A stretch of 63,857 bases of DNA, counting the filler, from Sphingomonadaceae bacterium (GTDB lineage Bacteria > Chloroflexota > UBA6077): the NCBI GenBank assembly GCA_050261575.1. It is 8 parts of 8 records of this genome, joined end to end, with 100 filler letters (N's around TTAATTAATTAA, not from the genome) between each part and the next. Parts side by side here need not be neighbours in the genome. Positions count along the whole stretch, not along the records: positions 15,486 to 27,260 come from JBLNDL010000010.1; 7 more parts are not named here. One strand, written 5' to 3'. Shown here one piece after another: positions 16,971-26,903 of this stretch. Within the stretch, counting starts at the first letter, position 1, and each line of letters begins with the position of its first letter. Below the pieces are notes generated by a model. The model saw only the letters and a list, made by a program, of their open reading frames with translations. It made no database searches and was not told the origin of the DNA. The position numbers and the translations under genes are program-made.

Positions 16971-19900
16971 CTACCTTCTGTGCGGCCTCTTCGCCCCGCC
17001 GGTGGCGAGCAGGGCGGTTTCGGGGAGGGACGACACCTTCCTCCCCATCAGACTGGTCACCCGATCCTGCCTCTGGAGCAACCCCTCGATCACCACGATC
17101 TGGTTGGTCTGGAGCACCCGCCGGAAGCGCTGGTACACCTGGGGCCTCAGGATGACGTTGGCGAGGCCGGTCTCGTCCTCCAGGGTGAGGAAGACGTGGC
17201 CGCTGGCGGTGGGAGGGGCCTGCTCGCACACCACCAGCCCTCCCACCCGAACCACCAGGTTCTTGGGGAGCTGCCCCACCCGGTCGCAGGTGACGGCGCC
17301 CACGTCCTCCAGGAGGCTCCGGAACAGTTCGACGGCGTGGCGCCCCGGCGACATCCCGAGCAGGGAGTACTCGGCGGCCGTCTCCTCGTAACGGGTCAGG
17401 GCGGGCAGGGCTGGAGGCGGGGGAGGAGCCAGGTCCAGAACTGAGGACTGAGGGCTGGGGACTGAGTCCGGGACTGGGTTCTGGGCGCTGGGTACTGAGT
17501 GCTGGCTACCGAGCGCTGGGTTCTGAATGCTGAGACCTGAGATCCGGGTTCTCCCCGTCCCCCCGTCTCCCAGCCTCCGTGTCTCCGCCTTTTCCCGTCT
17601 TCCCGTCACATCCTCGCTCCGCTTCCACGCACCCACCTCCCACAGCATCTCCCGGCGGGGGCGGCCGAAGCAGTCCAGGGCACCCACGGCGATCAGGTTC
17701 TCCATCGCCTCCCGCGATAGGCGGGCGCGGTGGAAGAAGTCCCGTAGGGAGTGGAACGGGCCCCGGCGCTGCTCCTCCTCCAGCCGCTGGATGGCGGCCT
17801 CCCCCAGGCCGCGGACGTAGCTAAAGCCGAGGCGGATGTCTCCGTTCTCCACGGTGCACTTCCCCCGGCTGAGGTTGACGTCCACGGGCAGGATCCGAAT
17901 CCCGTGGCGCTTGGCGTCGTTGGCCACCACCTCCGGGGAGTAGAAGCCCATGGGCTGGTTGTTCAGGATGGCGGCGTAGAACTCCGAAGGGTAGTATCGC
18001 TTCAGGTAGGCCGTGTCGTAGGCCGTCTTGGCGAATGCGGCGGCGTGGCTCTTACAGAAGCCGTAGGAGGCGAAGCCGGCCAACTGGCGGAAGATTGTCC
18101 TCGCCGTCTCCCTCTCCACCCCGTTGCGGATGGCCCCCTCCAGGAAGCGGGTCTCGATCCTGGCCATCTCGGTGGCGGACCGGTGGCGGTTCATCGCCCG
18201 GCGGAAGAGGTCCGCCTCGCCCGGAGTGAAGCCCGCCACCGCCACCGCCACCCGAATCACCTGCTCCTGGAACAGCACCACTCCCAGCGTCTCCCTCAGG
18301 ATCGGCTCCAGGCTGGGGTGGAGGTATGTGACCTTCTCGATGCCTGCGCGGCGGCGCAGGTAGGGGTGCACCATGTTCCCCTGGATGGGGCCCGGGCGGA
18401 TGATGGAGATCTCCACGATCAGATCCTCGATGGAGCGGGGCTGCATCTTGGGCAGGGTCTGGGACTGGGCGCGGCTCTCGACCTGGAACACCCCGATGTT
18501 GTCGGGCTCGCACAGCATGTCGTAGACGGCCGGGTCGTCCAGGGGGATGCGGTCCAGGTTCGGCGCCGCCCCCCGGGTCTCCCGGATCATCTCCAGGGCG
18601 TCGTGGATCACCGAGAGGGTGCGCAGCCCCAGCAGGTCCATCTTGATCAGCCCCATGTCCTCCACGTCGTCCTTGTTGAACTGGACCACCACCCGGCCGG
18701 GCGCCGTGGCTCGCTCCAGGGGGGCTATCTCCACCAGGGGGGCGGCGGTGATCAGCATTCCCCCCACGTGGATGCTGAGGTGGCGGGGGAAGCCCTCGAT
18801 CTGCCGGCAGAGGTCGAGGAGTTGCCGCCACGCCTCGTCCTCGGTTAAGCCTTGAGGCAGGAGAGGGGGGGATGAGGCTTCGCCCGCGGGTGTGGGCGTC
18901 TCGCCCGGCCCGCGTTCCCCCGTAGGGGCCGCCGGCCCTTCCGGGCGGCGGGGGGCAAGCCCCCGCCCTGCGTCATCGGGGGTGCCGTGCGCCGTGAGGG
19001 CTTCCAACTCCCCCTCCAGATGGGAGGGGGAGCGGTGGTTGACCGCCTTGGCGAAGCGGTCCAGCAGATCCAGCGGGAGCCCCATCGCCTTGCCCACCTC
19101 CCGCAGGGCGCTGCGGGCCCGGTAGGTGACGACGTTGCACACCATGGCGGTGTGCTCCTGGCCGTACTTCTCGTAGACGTACCGGATGATCCGCTCCCGA
19201 TGGTTCGTGGAGAAGTCGATGTCGATGTCGGGCATCCCCGTCATCTCCTCGCTCAGGAAACGCTCGAACAGCAGGTTGTGGCGGAGGGGGTCCACCTTGG
19301 TGATCCCCAGGACGTAGGCCACCAGGGAGTCGGCGGCCGAGCCCCTCCCCTGGCCGGGTATCCCCTGCTCCCGGGCGTAGCGCATGATGTCCCACACGAT
19401 CAGGAAGTACTCGGCCAGCCCCGTCTTCTGGATCACCTCCAGCTCGTGGGCCAACTGCTTCAGGACGGCCGGGGTGATGGGACTGTAGCGCTCCCGGACC
19501 CCCTCGTGGCACAGCCGGTAGAGGTAACTGAAGGGGGTCTCCCCCTCGGGCACCTGGAAGCCAGGGAAGCGGTAGCCCTTGAAGTTGAGGTCCACGTGGC
19601 ACTGCTCGGCGATGACGCGGCTGTTGGCTATGGCCCCCGGATAGCGACGGAAGATCGCAGCCATCTCGCGGCCCGATTTCAGGTGGTACTCGGAGTTGGG
19701 GCGAAGAATGCCGGCGGCATCGTCCAGCTTCGTCCGATTCTTGATGCACACCAGGATGTCCTGGAGGCGATGGCCCTCCCGCCGGGCGTAATGCACGTCG
19801 TTGGTGGCGACGCACCCCAACCCGAGATGGGCTGCCAGATCGGCCATCTCGTCGCACAGCCAGTCGTCCTCGGGCTGCAGGTGGTGCTGCAGTTCCACCC

Positions 19901-20456
19901 AGAGGCTCTCGGCGCCGAAGATCCGGAGGTAGCGCTCGGCGGCCCGGCGGGCCCGCCTGCGGCTTCCGGCCAGCAGTTGTTGCGCGATCTCCCCCTTCCG
20001 GCAGCCCGTGAGGCAGATCAGGCCGGCCGAGTGCTCCGCCAGGGTGGGGAGGGCCAGAGCAGCCTGGTGCTTGCCGTGGGCCAACTGGGCGGCGCTGATC
20101 AGCCGGCAGAGGTTGGAGTATCCTCGCCGGTCCCGAGCCAGCAGGGTGAGGTGGCAGCCGTCCTCCAGGGTGATCTCCGCCCCGACGATGGGCCGTATCC
20201 CCTCCTGGAGGGCCGCCTGCCAGAAGCGGACGGCCCCGTACAGCCCGTCGTGGTCGGTGACGGCCAGCGCCTCCATCCGCAGCTCCTTGGCCCTGGCCAC
20301 CAGATCCTCCGGGTGGGAGGCTCCATCCAGCATGGAGTAGTTGGTGTGGCAGTGGAGCTCGACGTAATCGGAGCGGTGAGTGATGAGCGATGAGTGATGA
20401 GTCTCGGACCCTGTAGAGGCCGGTGGCGGCACCGACCTGGAGGTTTCCTCAGGCAT
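16971..20456 (-). CDS. dnaE2: Error-prone DNA polymerase III alpha subunit
   Basis: PHP domain ELHCHTNYSMLDGAS, GRGSAADS, PDIDIDF, RHLSIHVGG, YGFCKSHAAAFA, NNQPMGFY, OB fold; downstream of imuB. Confidence 0.93.
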   Translation of the reverse strand: MPEETSRSVPPPASTGSETHHSSLITHRSDYVELHCHTNYSMLDGASHPEDLVARAKELRMEALAVTDHDGLYGAVRFWQAALQEGIRPIVGAEITLEDGCHLTLLARDRRGYSNLCRLISAAQLAHGKHQAALALPTLAEHSAGLICLTGCRKGEIAQQLLAGSRRRARRAAERYLRIFGAESLWVELQHHLQPEDDWLCDEMADLAAHLGLGCVATNDVHYARREGHRLQDILVCIKNRTKLDDAAGILRPNSEYHLKSGREMAAIFRRYPGAIANSRVIAEQCHVDLNFKGYRFPGFQVPEGETPFSYLYRLCHEGVRERYSPITPAVLKQLAHELEVIQKTGLAEYFLIVWDIMRYAREQGIPGQGRGSAADSLVAYVLGITKVDPLRHNLLFERFLSEEMTGMPDIDIDFSTNHRERIIRYVYEKYGQEHTAMVCNVVTYRARSALREVGKAMGLPLDLLDRFAKAVNHRSPSHLEGELEALTAHGTPDDAGRGLAPRRPEGPAAPTGERGPGETPTPAGEASSPPLLPQGLTEDEAWRQLLDLCRQIEGFPRHLSIHVGGMLITAAPLVEIAPLERATAPGRVVVQFNKDDVEDMGLIKMDLLGLRTLSVIHDALEMIRETRGAAPNLDRIPLDDPAVYDMLCEPDNIGVFQVESRAQSQTLPKMQPRSIEDLIVEISIIRPGPIQGNMVHPYLRRRAGIEKVTYLHPSLEPILRETLGVVLFQEQVIRVAVAVAGFTPGEADLFRRAMNRHRSATEMARIETRFLEGAIRNGVERETARTIFRQLAGFASYGFCKSHAAAFAKTAYDTAYLKRYYPSEFYAAILNNQPMGFYSPEVVANDAKRHGIRILPVDVNLSRGKCTVENGDIRLGFSYVRGLGEAAIQRLEEEQRRGPFHSLRDFFHRARLSREAMENLIAVGALDCFGRPRREMLWEVGAWKRSEDVTGRREKAETRRLGDGGTGRTRISGLSIQNPALGSQHSVPSAQNPVPDSVPSPQSSVLDLAPPPPPALPALTRYEETAAEYSLLGMSPGRHAVELFRSLLEDVGAVTCDRVGQLPKNLVVRVGGLVVCEQAPPTASGHVFLTLEDETGLANVILRPQVYQRFRRVLQTNQIVVIEGLLQRQDRVTSLMGRKVSSLPETALLATGGAKRPHRR

Positions 20457-21957
20457 AGATCCGCTCCAGGAACCAGGGAGGGGTTAGCTGCCCCCCCTTC
20501 CCTGGCAGGGAAGGGGGTTGGGGGGATAGATCCCTGTACACCACGCAAAGCCGGCCGCTCTCGGTGATCAAGCGGTAGTAGTCTCGGTAGACTTCCCGGC
20601 GCCACCATTCCTCCCTCACCCGCCATCGGTTGCACAGCTCCCGCACCACCTCTCGCTTTCCCCCGAGGAAGAGGAGGTAGGGCCGGCCGACCGCGTCTGG
20701 GAGTACCGGAATCGGGGTCGCGGGTGCCTTCTCCCCCTGCATCTCCGCCAGGGGACGGAGGATGCCCTCCCCGAACTGCTCCTCGGCCTGCCTGGCGGCC
20801 TGCCGCACCTTCCGGAGGCCGTCGGCCCGGCTCCGGAACAGCCCCAGTTGCTCCCCATGTTGCCCGCCGAAGCCGGAGAGGGTGAGGCGGAGGGAGGAGA
20901 TGAATCTGCCCTCTCCCTCTGAGAGACGGGGGAGGTGTCCATCCCTCGCGAGGAGCCTCCCGACCGCTCGCTCCAGGTCCTCCGACCTCTCCGTCGGCTC
21001 GTGGAGGATGGTGGAGTGATGGGTCGCGGAGCCATCGGAGAAGCCCAACTGGAGGGCCACCTCTCGGCAGGCCAGGTAGCTGGATCGCATTCGGGCCGCC
21101 AGCCTCTCCACCATATCGTGGGCGGCGGCGTGGAGGATGCCGCCCAGGTCGGTTGGAGGATCGATCTCCAACTCCTCCTGCAGGAGGAGAGGCGGTTCGC
21201 GAGGGGCCAGCGGCCGCGTCTCCACGCCCCGAGCCAACCGGGCGATCTCCACCCCCTCCGGCCCGAACTGCTCGGCCGTGGCTCCGGCCGGCAGACCGGC
21301 CAGTTGCCCCAAGGTCCTGAGACCGAGCATCTCCAGCCGTCGCAGCGTCTCCTGAGAGCAGGGGAGCAGCTCCACCGGCAGGGGGTCCAGGAAGGCCCGC
21401 TCCTCCCCCTCCCTCACCACCACGGCCGAGCCCTGGGCCGCCAGTCGCGCCGCCGCCAGCGCCACGAAGGGGCCGCTGCCCAGGCCCACACGGGGGCGCA
21501 GCCCCGTCCCTCCCTCCACCGCCGCCGCTATTCGGCGGCCCAGCTCCTCGTCGGGTCCGAAGAGCCTCTCCAGCCCCGAGGCGTCCAGGTAGGCGATGAG
21601 CGATGAGTGATGAGTAATGAGTGATGAGTGTGGGGTGGGGTGCCCGCGCTCCCAGCCCGCCTCCACCTCCATGGTCGGGCTGAACTCCCCCAGGACCCGG
21701 AGGACCAGATCGAAGACCTCCCGATAGAGCGCCTCGTCCGGGGGGAGGAAGACGGCCTCCGGACAGAGGCCACGGGCCTGCCGGAGGGACATCCCCACCG
21801 CGATGCCGTGGGCGGATGCCTCCGGGGAGCAGCTTCGCACCCTCTTTCGTTCGTGTGGGAGCCCGCCGACGACCACCGGCCGACCCGTTAGCTCCGGCCG
21901 GCTGGATAGCTCGACGGCGACTTCGAAGTTGGGGATCAGGACGCAGGCGACCTTCAT
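20449..21957 (-). CDS. imuB: Inactive Y-family polymerase ImuB
   Basis: RPVVVGG, GIAVGMSLRQARGLCP, LRTLGQLA; N-terminus VACVLIPNF lacks the catalytic Asp; C-terminal EWW...RDYY. Confidence 0.85.
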   Translation of the reverse strand: MKVACVLIPNFEVAVELSSRPELTGRPVVVGGLPHERKRVRSCSPEASAHGIAVGMSLRQARGLCPEAVFLPPDEALYREVFDLVLRVLGEFSPTMEVEAGWERGHPTPHSSLITHHSSLIAYLDASGLERLFGPDEELGRRIAAAVEGGTGLRPRVGLGSGPFVALAAARLAAQGSAVVVREGEERAFLDPLPVELLPCSQETLRRLEMLGLRTLGQLAGLPAGATAEQFGPEGVEIARLARGVETRPLAPREPPLLLQEELEIDPPTDLGGILHAAAHDMVERLAARMRSSYLACREVALQLGFSDGSATHHSTILHEPTERSEDLERAVGRLLARDGHLPRLSEGEGRFISSLRLTLSGFGGQHGEQLGLFRSRADGLRKVRQAARQAEEQFGEGILRPLAEMQGEKAPATPIPVLPDAVGRPYLLFLGGKREVVRELCNRWRVREEWWRREVYRDYYRLITESGRLCVVYRDLSPQPPSLPGKGGQLTPPWFLERIYA

Positions 21958-21965
21958 GGCATCAC

Positions 21966-22015
21966 CTAGAACGTATGTTCTAGTAGATTATGCCGCTGGG
22001 CCGCGGGGGTGTCAA
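21966..22015 (-). promoter_or_regulatory. LexA (SOS) box just downstream of a sigma70 promoter for imuB-dnaE2
   Basis: CTAGAAC-GTAT-GTTCTAG (21966-21983; core GAAC-N4-GTTC); minus strand TTGACA(22015-22010)-N17-CATAAT(21992-21987). Confidence 0.9.
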
Positions 22016-22181
22016 GAACCTTCATGCACGTGGGGAAGAGCCCCTCCAGCTATCCCAATCCTGGAACACTCAGGCTGATACCTGCGTCCATGAGAGTAGA
22101 ATGTAGCCGGTGCCCCCCGCCGCCGTGGGGCGGACGGACCGGCCGGGCGGGGCGACCACGAGGGGAGGGATTGCAGTGGTG

Positions 22182-23336
22182 ATGAGCAGCAAAGTGACCC
22201 CACCGAAGAGGGCGACGATCGCTCTCGCGGCTGCAGTTGCGATTCTCGGCCTGGTGGCCATTGGTTGCGGAACCGGCTCCGCCCCACCGGGGCCTACGGC
22301 CGCACCCACGACGGCGGAAGATGCGTCGAGCCAGCCGGGCTTCGGCATCCACCTGCCCTGGAGGCCTGTGGCCGAGCCGACGGCGGACGCCATCGCCGTT
22401 CCACCGCTCCCGCCCGAGGCCACTGCCACTTCCGCCACCATACCCGATTCGGTCGCTGCTACCCCTGCCGCCGGTATCGAGTCGCTTACCGTGGAGGAGT
22501 ATCCCGTTGCGACCCAGGGGGAGGCCACCCCCGACCGCATTGAGTACCGGCGGCGGATCGCGCCCGAGATCCTGGAGAAGCGGCGTGCCTGGCGAGGGGG
22601 TGGCATGGAGCAGCGCCTTCCCGGGATCAACCAGACCCTCGCCACATTCGGGTACCGTATCCTGGGCAACGAGCGGTCCGACTACTCAGTGCCCCTCTAC
22701 AACCTGCTGCAGGGCGATACCGTGCTGCTGCGCGACATCTCGATGGTCTGGCCCATCTCCGTCAACGAGAGTGGCGACGACTTCGCCCTGGTTTTGGAGA
22801 CCAGGCAGGGCGGGCAGCAGCTCGTCCTCCGGGGAGGCGTGCAGCAGTGGGACGCCATGCGCCACGCCGGGACGCAGCCGGTGTTCGTGGGCAACGACCT
22901 GGTGAGTGTCGAGATGGACCCCCAGCGTGGGGAACGCTACGCCGTGCTGCGGAACGGCGAGGTGGTGCACCGCTTCGAGGCGCAGTTCATCGTCGATAAT
23001 CCCATCAAGGGGCTCTGGTCCTGGGACGGCCACTGGGTGCTCGAGGTCGATGGGGAAGTGGTTGTGGACGGAGAGAGCCTCAACCAGCAACTGGGCTACG
23101 ACGAGATCTTCGGCTGGCGGCTGCTGGCCGGCTGGCCACTCTACTTCTTCAAGAAGGGCGATCGTATCGGCCTGTCCTACGCCGGACAGATCCTGCCCCA
23201 CCAGTACCAGGAGGTGATCCACTACCGCTGCTGCGAGCCGGCCGCCTTCAACCTGGCCGGCAACGACACCATGGTGTGGTTCCACGCGCTCAAGGATGGG
23301 GTCTGGCACTACGTGGAGGCTGGGGTGTACGAGTAG
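22182..23336 (+). CDS. Hypothetical lipoprotein
   Basis: Hydrophobic signal ending VAIGC; Pro/Thr linker; beta-rich body. Confidence 0.7.
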   Translation: MSSKVTPPKRATIALAAAVAILGLVAIGCGTGSAPPGPTAAPTTAEDASSQPGFGIHLPWRPVAEPTADAIAVPPLPPEATATSATIPDSVAATPAAGIESLTVEEYPVATQGEATPDRIEYRRRIAPEILEKRRAWRGGGMEQRLPGINQTLATFGYRILGNERSDYSVPLYNLLQGDTVLLRDISMVWPISVNESGDDFALVLETRQGGQQLVLRGGVQQWDAMRHAGTQPVFVGNDLVSVEMDPQRGERYAVLRNGEVVHRFEAQFIVDNPIKGLWSWDGHWVLEVDGEVVVDGESLNQQLGYDEIFGWRLLAGWPLYFFKKGDRIGLSYAGQILPHQYQEVIHYRCCEPAAFNLAGNDTMVWFHALKDGVWHYVEAGVYE

Positions 23337-23472
23337 CTACCGGCCGGACGCCGCTCCGGCCGGTAGTGCTTCGCCTAAGCATCCCTCATTGGTTTGGCGT
23401 GGAATCGTGGGGACACCCCGCCAGGCGCTGCGCTCTGGGCCCGCTTTCTACGATGGTTCCACGTCGGACTGT

Positions 23473-25257
23473 CTAGGGCAGTTGGCCGCTCTCCCGCGCA
23501 TCCCTTAGTCGCTCGTAGGCCGGGCGGTTGGTGCCATCCGGGTTGGCTACGGACCACCAGAACTCCTCCCGCTCGGGTCCCCAGTCTGGGGATGGGAGGT
23601 TCCAGACGGCCATGACTCCCATCCACGGCCAGTTGTTCAGGGCCCACAGGTAGGCGCGGACGAGGAAGTCGGCCTTCGCCTCTTCGGTCTGCCGGAACCA
23701 GGAGAACTCCGGGTGGATGGGGTCGGCGGTCCAGCCGAACTCCGTCAGCCACACCTGCTTGCCTCCATCCCCATTCCTCTCCATTATTCCGCGGAGCTCC
23801 TCCACCCTTCGGAAGGTGAAGACGCGGTTTCCGCCGAGGGCTGGGTTCGCGGCGGCCTCCTCGGGACTCGTCTCCGGGGGGGCGTTGTACCCGGCACCGT
23901 GGGCCCCCAGGACGTCGAAGAAGTCCCTGGCGCCGGCCTCGTACATCTGCTGCAGGTAGAGGTCGTCGGGGAGGGCCTCGGCGCTGAAGGTAGCGGTGGG
24001 GGTGAGGCCCGCGCTGAGCACGGTGACGTTCGGATCCGCTCGCTTGGCGGCTTCGAAGCCTGCTCTGAGAAGCTGCACGTACTGGGCCGCGTTGGGCATC
24101 TGTCCGCCCCACTCTCTGGCCAGGTTCGGCTCGTTCCACAACTCCACGGCGTGTATCCGCCCGAAGGGGCTGCCCAGCTTGTAGCGGTCCACCAGGGCGA
24201 AGATGAAGTCGCCGAAGTCCTGTGGGTTGTCGGGAGGCCCGTCGGTGCGCCCGTCCGCTCTCGACCAGGCGGGCGCGAAGTCGATCCGGGCCATGACCTT
24301 CAGCCCGGCGTCGTTCGAGGCCCTGACCACCCGATCAGCTTCCGAGAAGTCCAGGATCCCCTTGCCGGCGCCCTCGATCAGCCTCCACTGGAAGAGGGTC
24401 TCCTGCCAGTTGAAGTTCGCATCCACCACCTTCTGGAGGTCCCTCTGGGTCGTCGCCGGGTTCCCGAAGACGAAGACGTTCATCCCGTAGTCGGGTGTCC
24501 TGTTCGGGAGAGGCCCGGGGACGAACTCCACCGGTGCCCGGGAGGGCACCACCGAGAAGTCGGGCCAGAGCCCAACCTCCTTGGCCAGGTCGCCCCCGTT
24601 CACCACGGTCACCTCGCCCGCCCGCGCGAAGGGGGTGTCGACCTTCCAGAACTGGAAGGCCGCCCTCTGGGCCCGGATCACGAAGACGTTGGGGAAGTCC
24701 TCCAGCGAAACCGGAAGCCCGAAGCGATCGATCGGGTTCGGGAAGGAGAAGTAGAACGCCCTGATGGCCTCGTTCTGGTCTAGGAGGCCCAGGTGGCGGG
24801 CGGCCACCTCCTCGAAGGGCAGCGTGGCCTCGTCGGGGGCGGGCGGGAAGGGCCTGGGGATCTGCCGGTCTGCCAGGAAGTCGTCGAAGCCCTGGTCGGT
24901 GAGGGCCTCGAAGGTGTTCAGGAACACCACCTGCTGGGTCTCCGGCCTCCATTGGAACACCGACTTCTGAAAAGCCTGGGTGACGAACCCGTCGAGGATG
25001 AAGCGATGGGTGACGGGGAAGCCGAGCACGAACTCCCCGCCGCGGGCGCGGAACTCATCGAAGAAGGGGATGCCCATTTCGTTGGTGACGGCGTAGCCGC
25101 TGGTGGTGGTTCCGAGTGGCCGGGCGTTGGTCTGGGTGAAGAAGTGGCCGTCGGGTATGTCCCAGTCCAGCGGTGGCTCGGCGAAGCCGGTTCCCGGTGA
25201 GATGGCGACAAGTAGGAGCGCCAAGGCTAGCGCGATCGGCAGGCGCGACAGTTTCAA
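23473..25257 (-). CDS. Secreted clan GH-A glycoside hydrolase (GH5/GH39-like) with LGFP-like N-terminal repeats
   Basis: Signal peptide; LGFPVT and FGLPVS; ELWNEPN acid/base; WLTEFGW nucleophile. Confidence 0.8.
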   Translation of the reverse strand: MKLSRLPIALALALLLVAISPGTGFAEPPLDWDIPDGHFFTQTNARPLGTTTSGYAVTNEMGIPFFDEFRARGGEFVLGFPVTHRFILDGFVTQAFQKSVFQWRPETQQVVFLNTFEALTDQGFDDFLADRQIPRPFPPAPDEATLPFEEVAARHLGLLDQNEAIRAFYFSFPNPIDRFGLPVSLEDFPNVFVIRAQRAAFQFWKVDTPFARAGEVTVVNGGDLAKEVGLWPDFSVVPSRAPVEFVPGPLPNRTPDYGMNVFVFGNPATTQRDLQKVVDANFNWQETLFQWRLIEGAGKGILDFSEADRVVRASNDAGLKVMARIDFAPAWSRADGRTDGPPDNPQDFGDFIFALVDRYKLGSPFGRIHAVELWNEPNLAREWGGQMPNAAQYVQLLRAGFEAAKRADPNVTVLSAGLTPTATFSAEALPDDLYLQQMYEAGARDFFDVLGAHGAGYNAPPETSPEEAAANPALGGNRVFTFRRVEELRGIMERNGDGGKQVWLTEFGWTADPIHPEFSWFRQTEEAKADFLVRAYLWALNNWPWMGVMAVWNLPSPDWGPEREEFWWSVANPDGTNRPAYERLRDARESGQLP

Positions 25258-25381
25258 GGTCTCCTCCAGGTACCACGGGAAGTAGAGGATCGAGCTTCTC
25301 CGCGTCGGCGCCGGCCTTCGGCTGGAGAAGGAAGGTAGCAGAAAAGGTGCCAGGTTGAGCCCGCCCGGGATGTGGGCGAGA

Positions 25382-26587
25382 TCACGCGTAGCGAACCCTG
25401 TCCGGCTCTCGGACGGCGACGTCCTGCCGGCCAGAGGGGAACAGTTGCAGGACGGGCGCCGCGGGGTGGAGGCGATAGAAGACGAGTTCGATCTCTGTCT
25501 CCTGTAGCGGTGGCGCCAGCTTGTTCTTGGCCACCTGGACCCGGGACCTGCAGCCCATCACGTCTCTACCCCGCCGGATCCACTCCAACCTCTCCAGCCC
25601 CAGCCTCACGGAGGCGAAGAAGCGGAGGGCCTGGCCGCCGTTCGAGGGCTGAGGGCTGAGGCCTGAAGGCCGAGCGGTGGGCGCTAGCGCTCGACCGATC
25701 TGGTTTTGACACCCCTGGGTCGGCGTCGTCCCTAACGCAGGCGGGGTCAGGGACGCCCCCTCCTCTCCAGAACTGGTGGGGCAAAGCACTAGTGCTCTGT
25801 CACGCCGATCCTGATGGATAGTTGCCGCCATCTGTAGGTGCGCACACGCGTGTGCGCCCTCGTCGCCGGCACCCGACGGCGCCCTTCGACTGCGACTGGG
25901 GCAGACACGCGTGTCTGCCCCAGCCTGCTTGTCAACACTACAGCTACAGCGTGCCAGGTTCTGGGCGCTGGGTTTGGAGGTGGTGGAGTCGGTGAGGAAG
26001 ACGAAGGCGATGCCGTTCCTGTCCACCGCCGACACCAGCCGCCGCAGCGCCAGAGATAGAGGACTGAGGACTGGGTATCCTACCCTGAGTTGCTCCCTCC
26101 GCGTCCCCGCGCATCCCCGCGTCCCTGTCCCCCCGCCCCATGGCAACTGAAGGTCCACGATCATCAGCTTGACCCCCCCGCTGCGCGCCAGCCGGATGGC
26201 CATCTCCAGCGCCTGGAGGCGGCCCTTCGGCCGGGCCACCAGCAGGGAGTGGAAGTCCACCCCCATCGCCCTCAGCGCCTCCGGGTCGAGCCGCCGCCCC
26301 AGATCCACGTAGACGGCCACCCCCTCCGATCGCTGGCACTGAACCACCAGGTTGGCGGCCAGGGCGTGCTTGCCCGACGAGTCCGGGCCGAAGATCTCGC
26401 TGATCCGGCCGCAGGGCAGCCCCCCGATGCCGAGGGCCGCGTCCAGGGACGGAAACCCCGTGGGTATCACCTCCATCTGGGGCCGCTCGACGGCGTCTCC
26501 CAGCCGCACCAGCGCCCCTCGGCCCCACTTGCGCTCGGCGTCCGCGAGCAGTTCCGCTATGCGGGGGTCGAGATCAGAACTCATCAT
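25382..26587 (-). CDS. Divergent RecA-like protein (ImuA candidate) with repeat-derived insertions
   Basis: IPTGFPSLDAALGIGGLPCGRISEIFGPDSSGKHAL, GGQALRFFASVRL, VAKNKLAPP; no RecA C-terminal domain. Confidence 0.75.
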   Translation of the reverse strand: MMSSDLDPRIAELLADAERKWGRGALVRLGDAVERPQMEVIPTGFPSLDAALGIGGLPCGRISEIFGPDSSGKHALAANLVVQCQRSEGVAVYVDLGRRLDPEALRAMGVDFHSLLVARPKGRLQALEMAIRLARSGGVKLMIVDLQLPWGGGTGTRGCAGTRREQLRVGYPVLSPLSLALRRLVSAVDRNGIAFVFLTDSTTSKPSAQNLARCSCSVDKQAGADTRVCPSRSRRAPSGAGDEGAHACAHLQMAATIHQDRRDRALVLCPTSSGEEGASLTPPALGTTPTQGCQNQIGRALAPTARPSGLSPQPSNGGQALRFFASVRLGLERLEWIRRGRDVMGCRSRVQVAKNKLAPPLQETEIELVFYRLHPAAPVLQLFPSGRQDVAVREPDRVRYA

Positions 26588-26841
26588 CCCTCGATCGCCT
26601 TCTTTGTTCCGCTGTAGAGCCCGCTGGCGGAGAGTCCCAGCGCCAGCCCCCACAGGAGGGCGTTCAGCCAGGTCTCGGAGCCCGGCGCCTGCTTGGCCGC
26701 CTCGTACCCCAGCGATAGGGCCAGGCCGCATCCGACGGCCAGTGGCGTCGCCCACACCGTGTCCATGCCGAGCCTCTTGGCCGCCTCCACCAGGCCGATG
26801 ATCAGGGGGATCGCCAACACCCCCGCGTATTCGGTAGGCAT
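26584..26841 (-). CDS. Phage holin-like small membrane protein
   Basis: 85 aa, three hydrophobic segments, IIGLVEAAK and GLSASGLYSGTKK. Confidence 0.65.
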   Translation of the reverse strand: MPTEYAGVLAIPLIIGLVEAAKRLGMDTVWATPLAVGCGLALSLGYEAAKQAPGSETWLNALLWGLALGLSASGLYSGTKKAIEG

Positions 26842-26903
26842 GTCAGTCTCCTTTCTCTAGCAGCCATCAGCACCTGGAGCGCCGTCCCGCTCGACCCTCG
26901 TCC

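Noticed and set aside
25382..26587. Canonical recA, or an intein-containing RecA
   Set aside because: Walker A is altered and the C-terminal domain is missing. The inserts lack intein C/S...HN ends and match DNA repeats instead.
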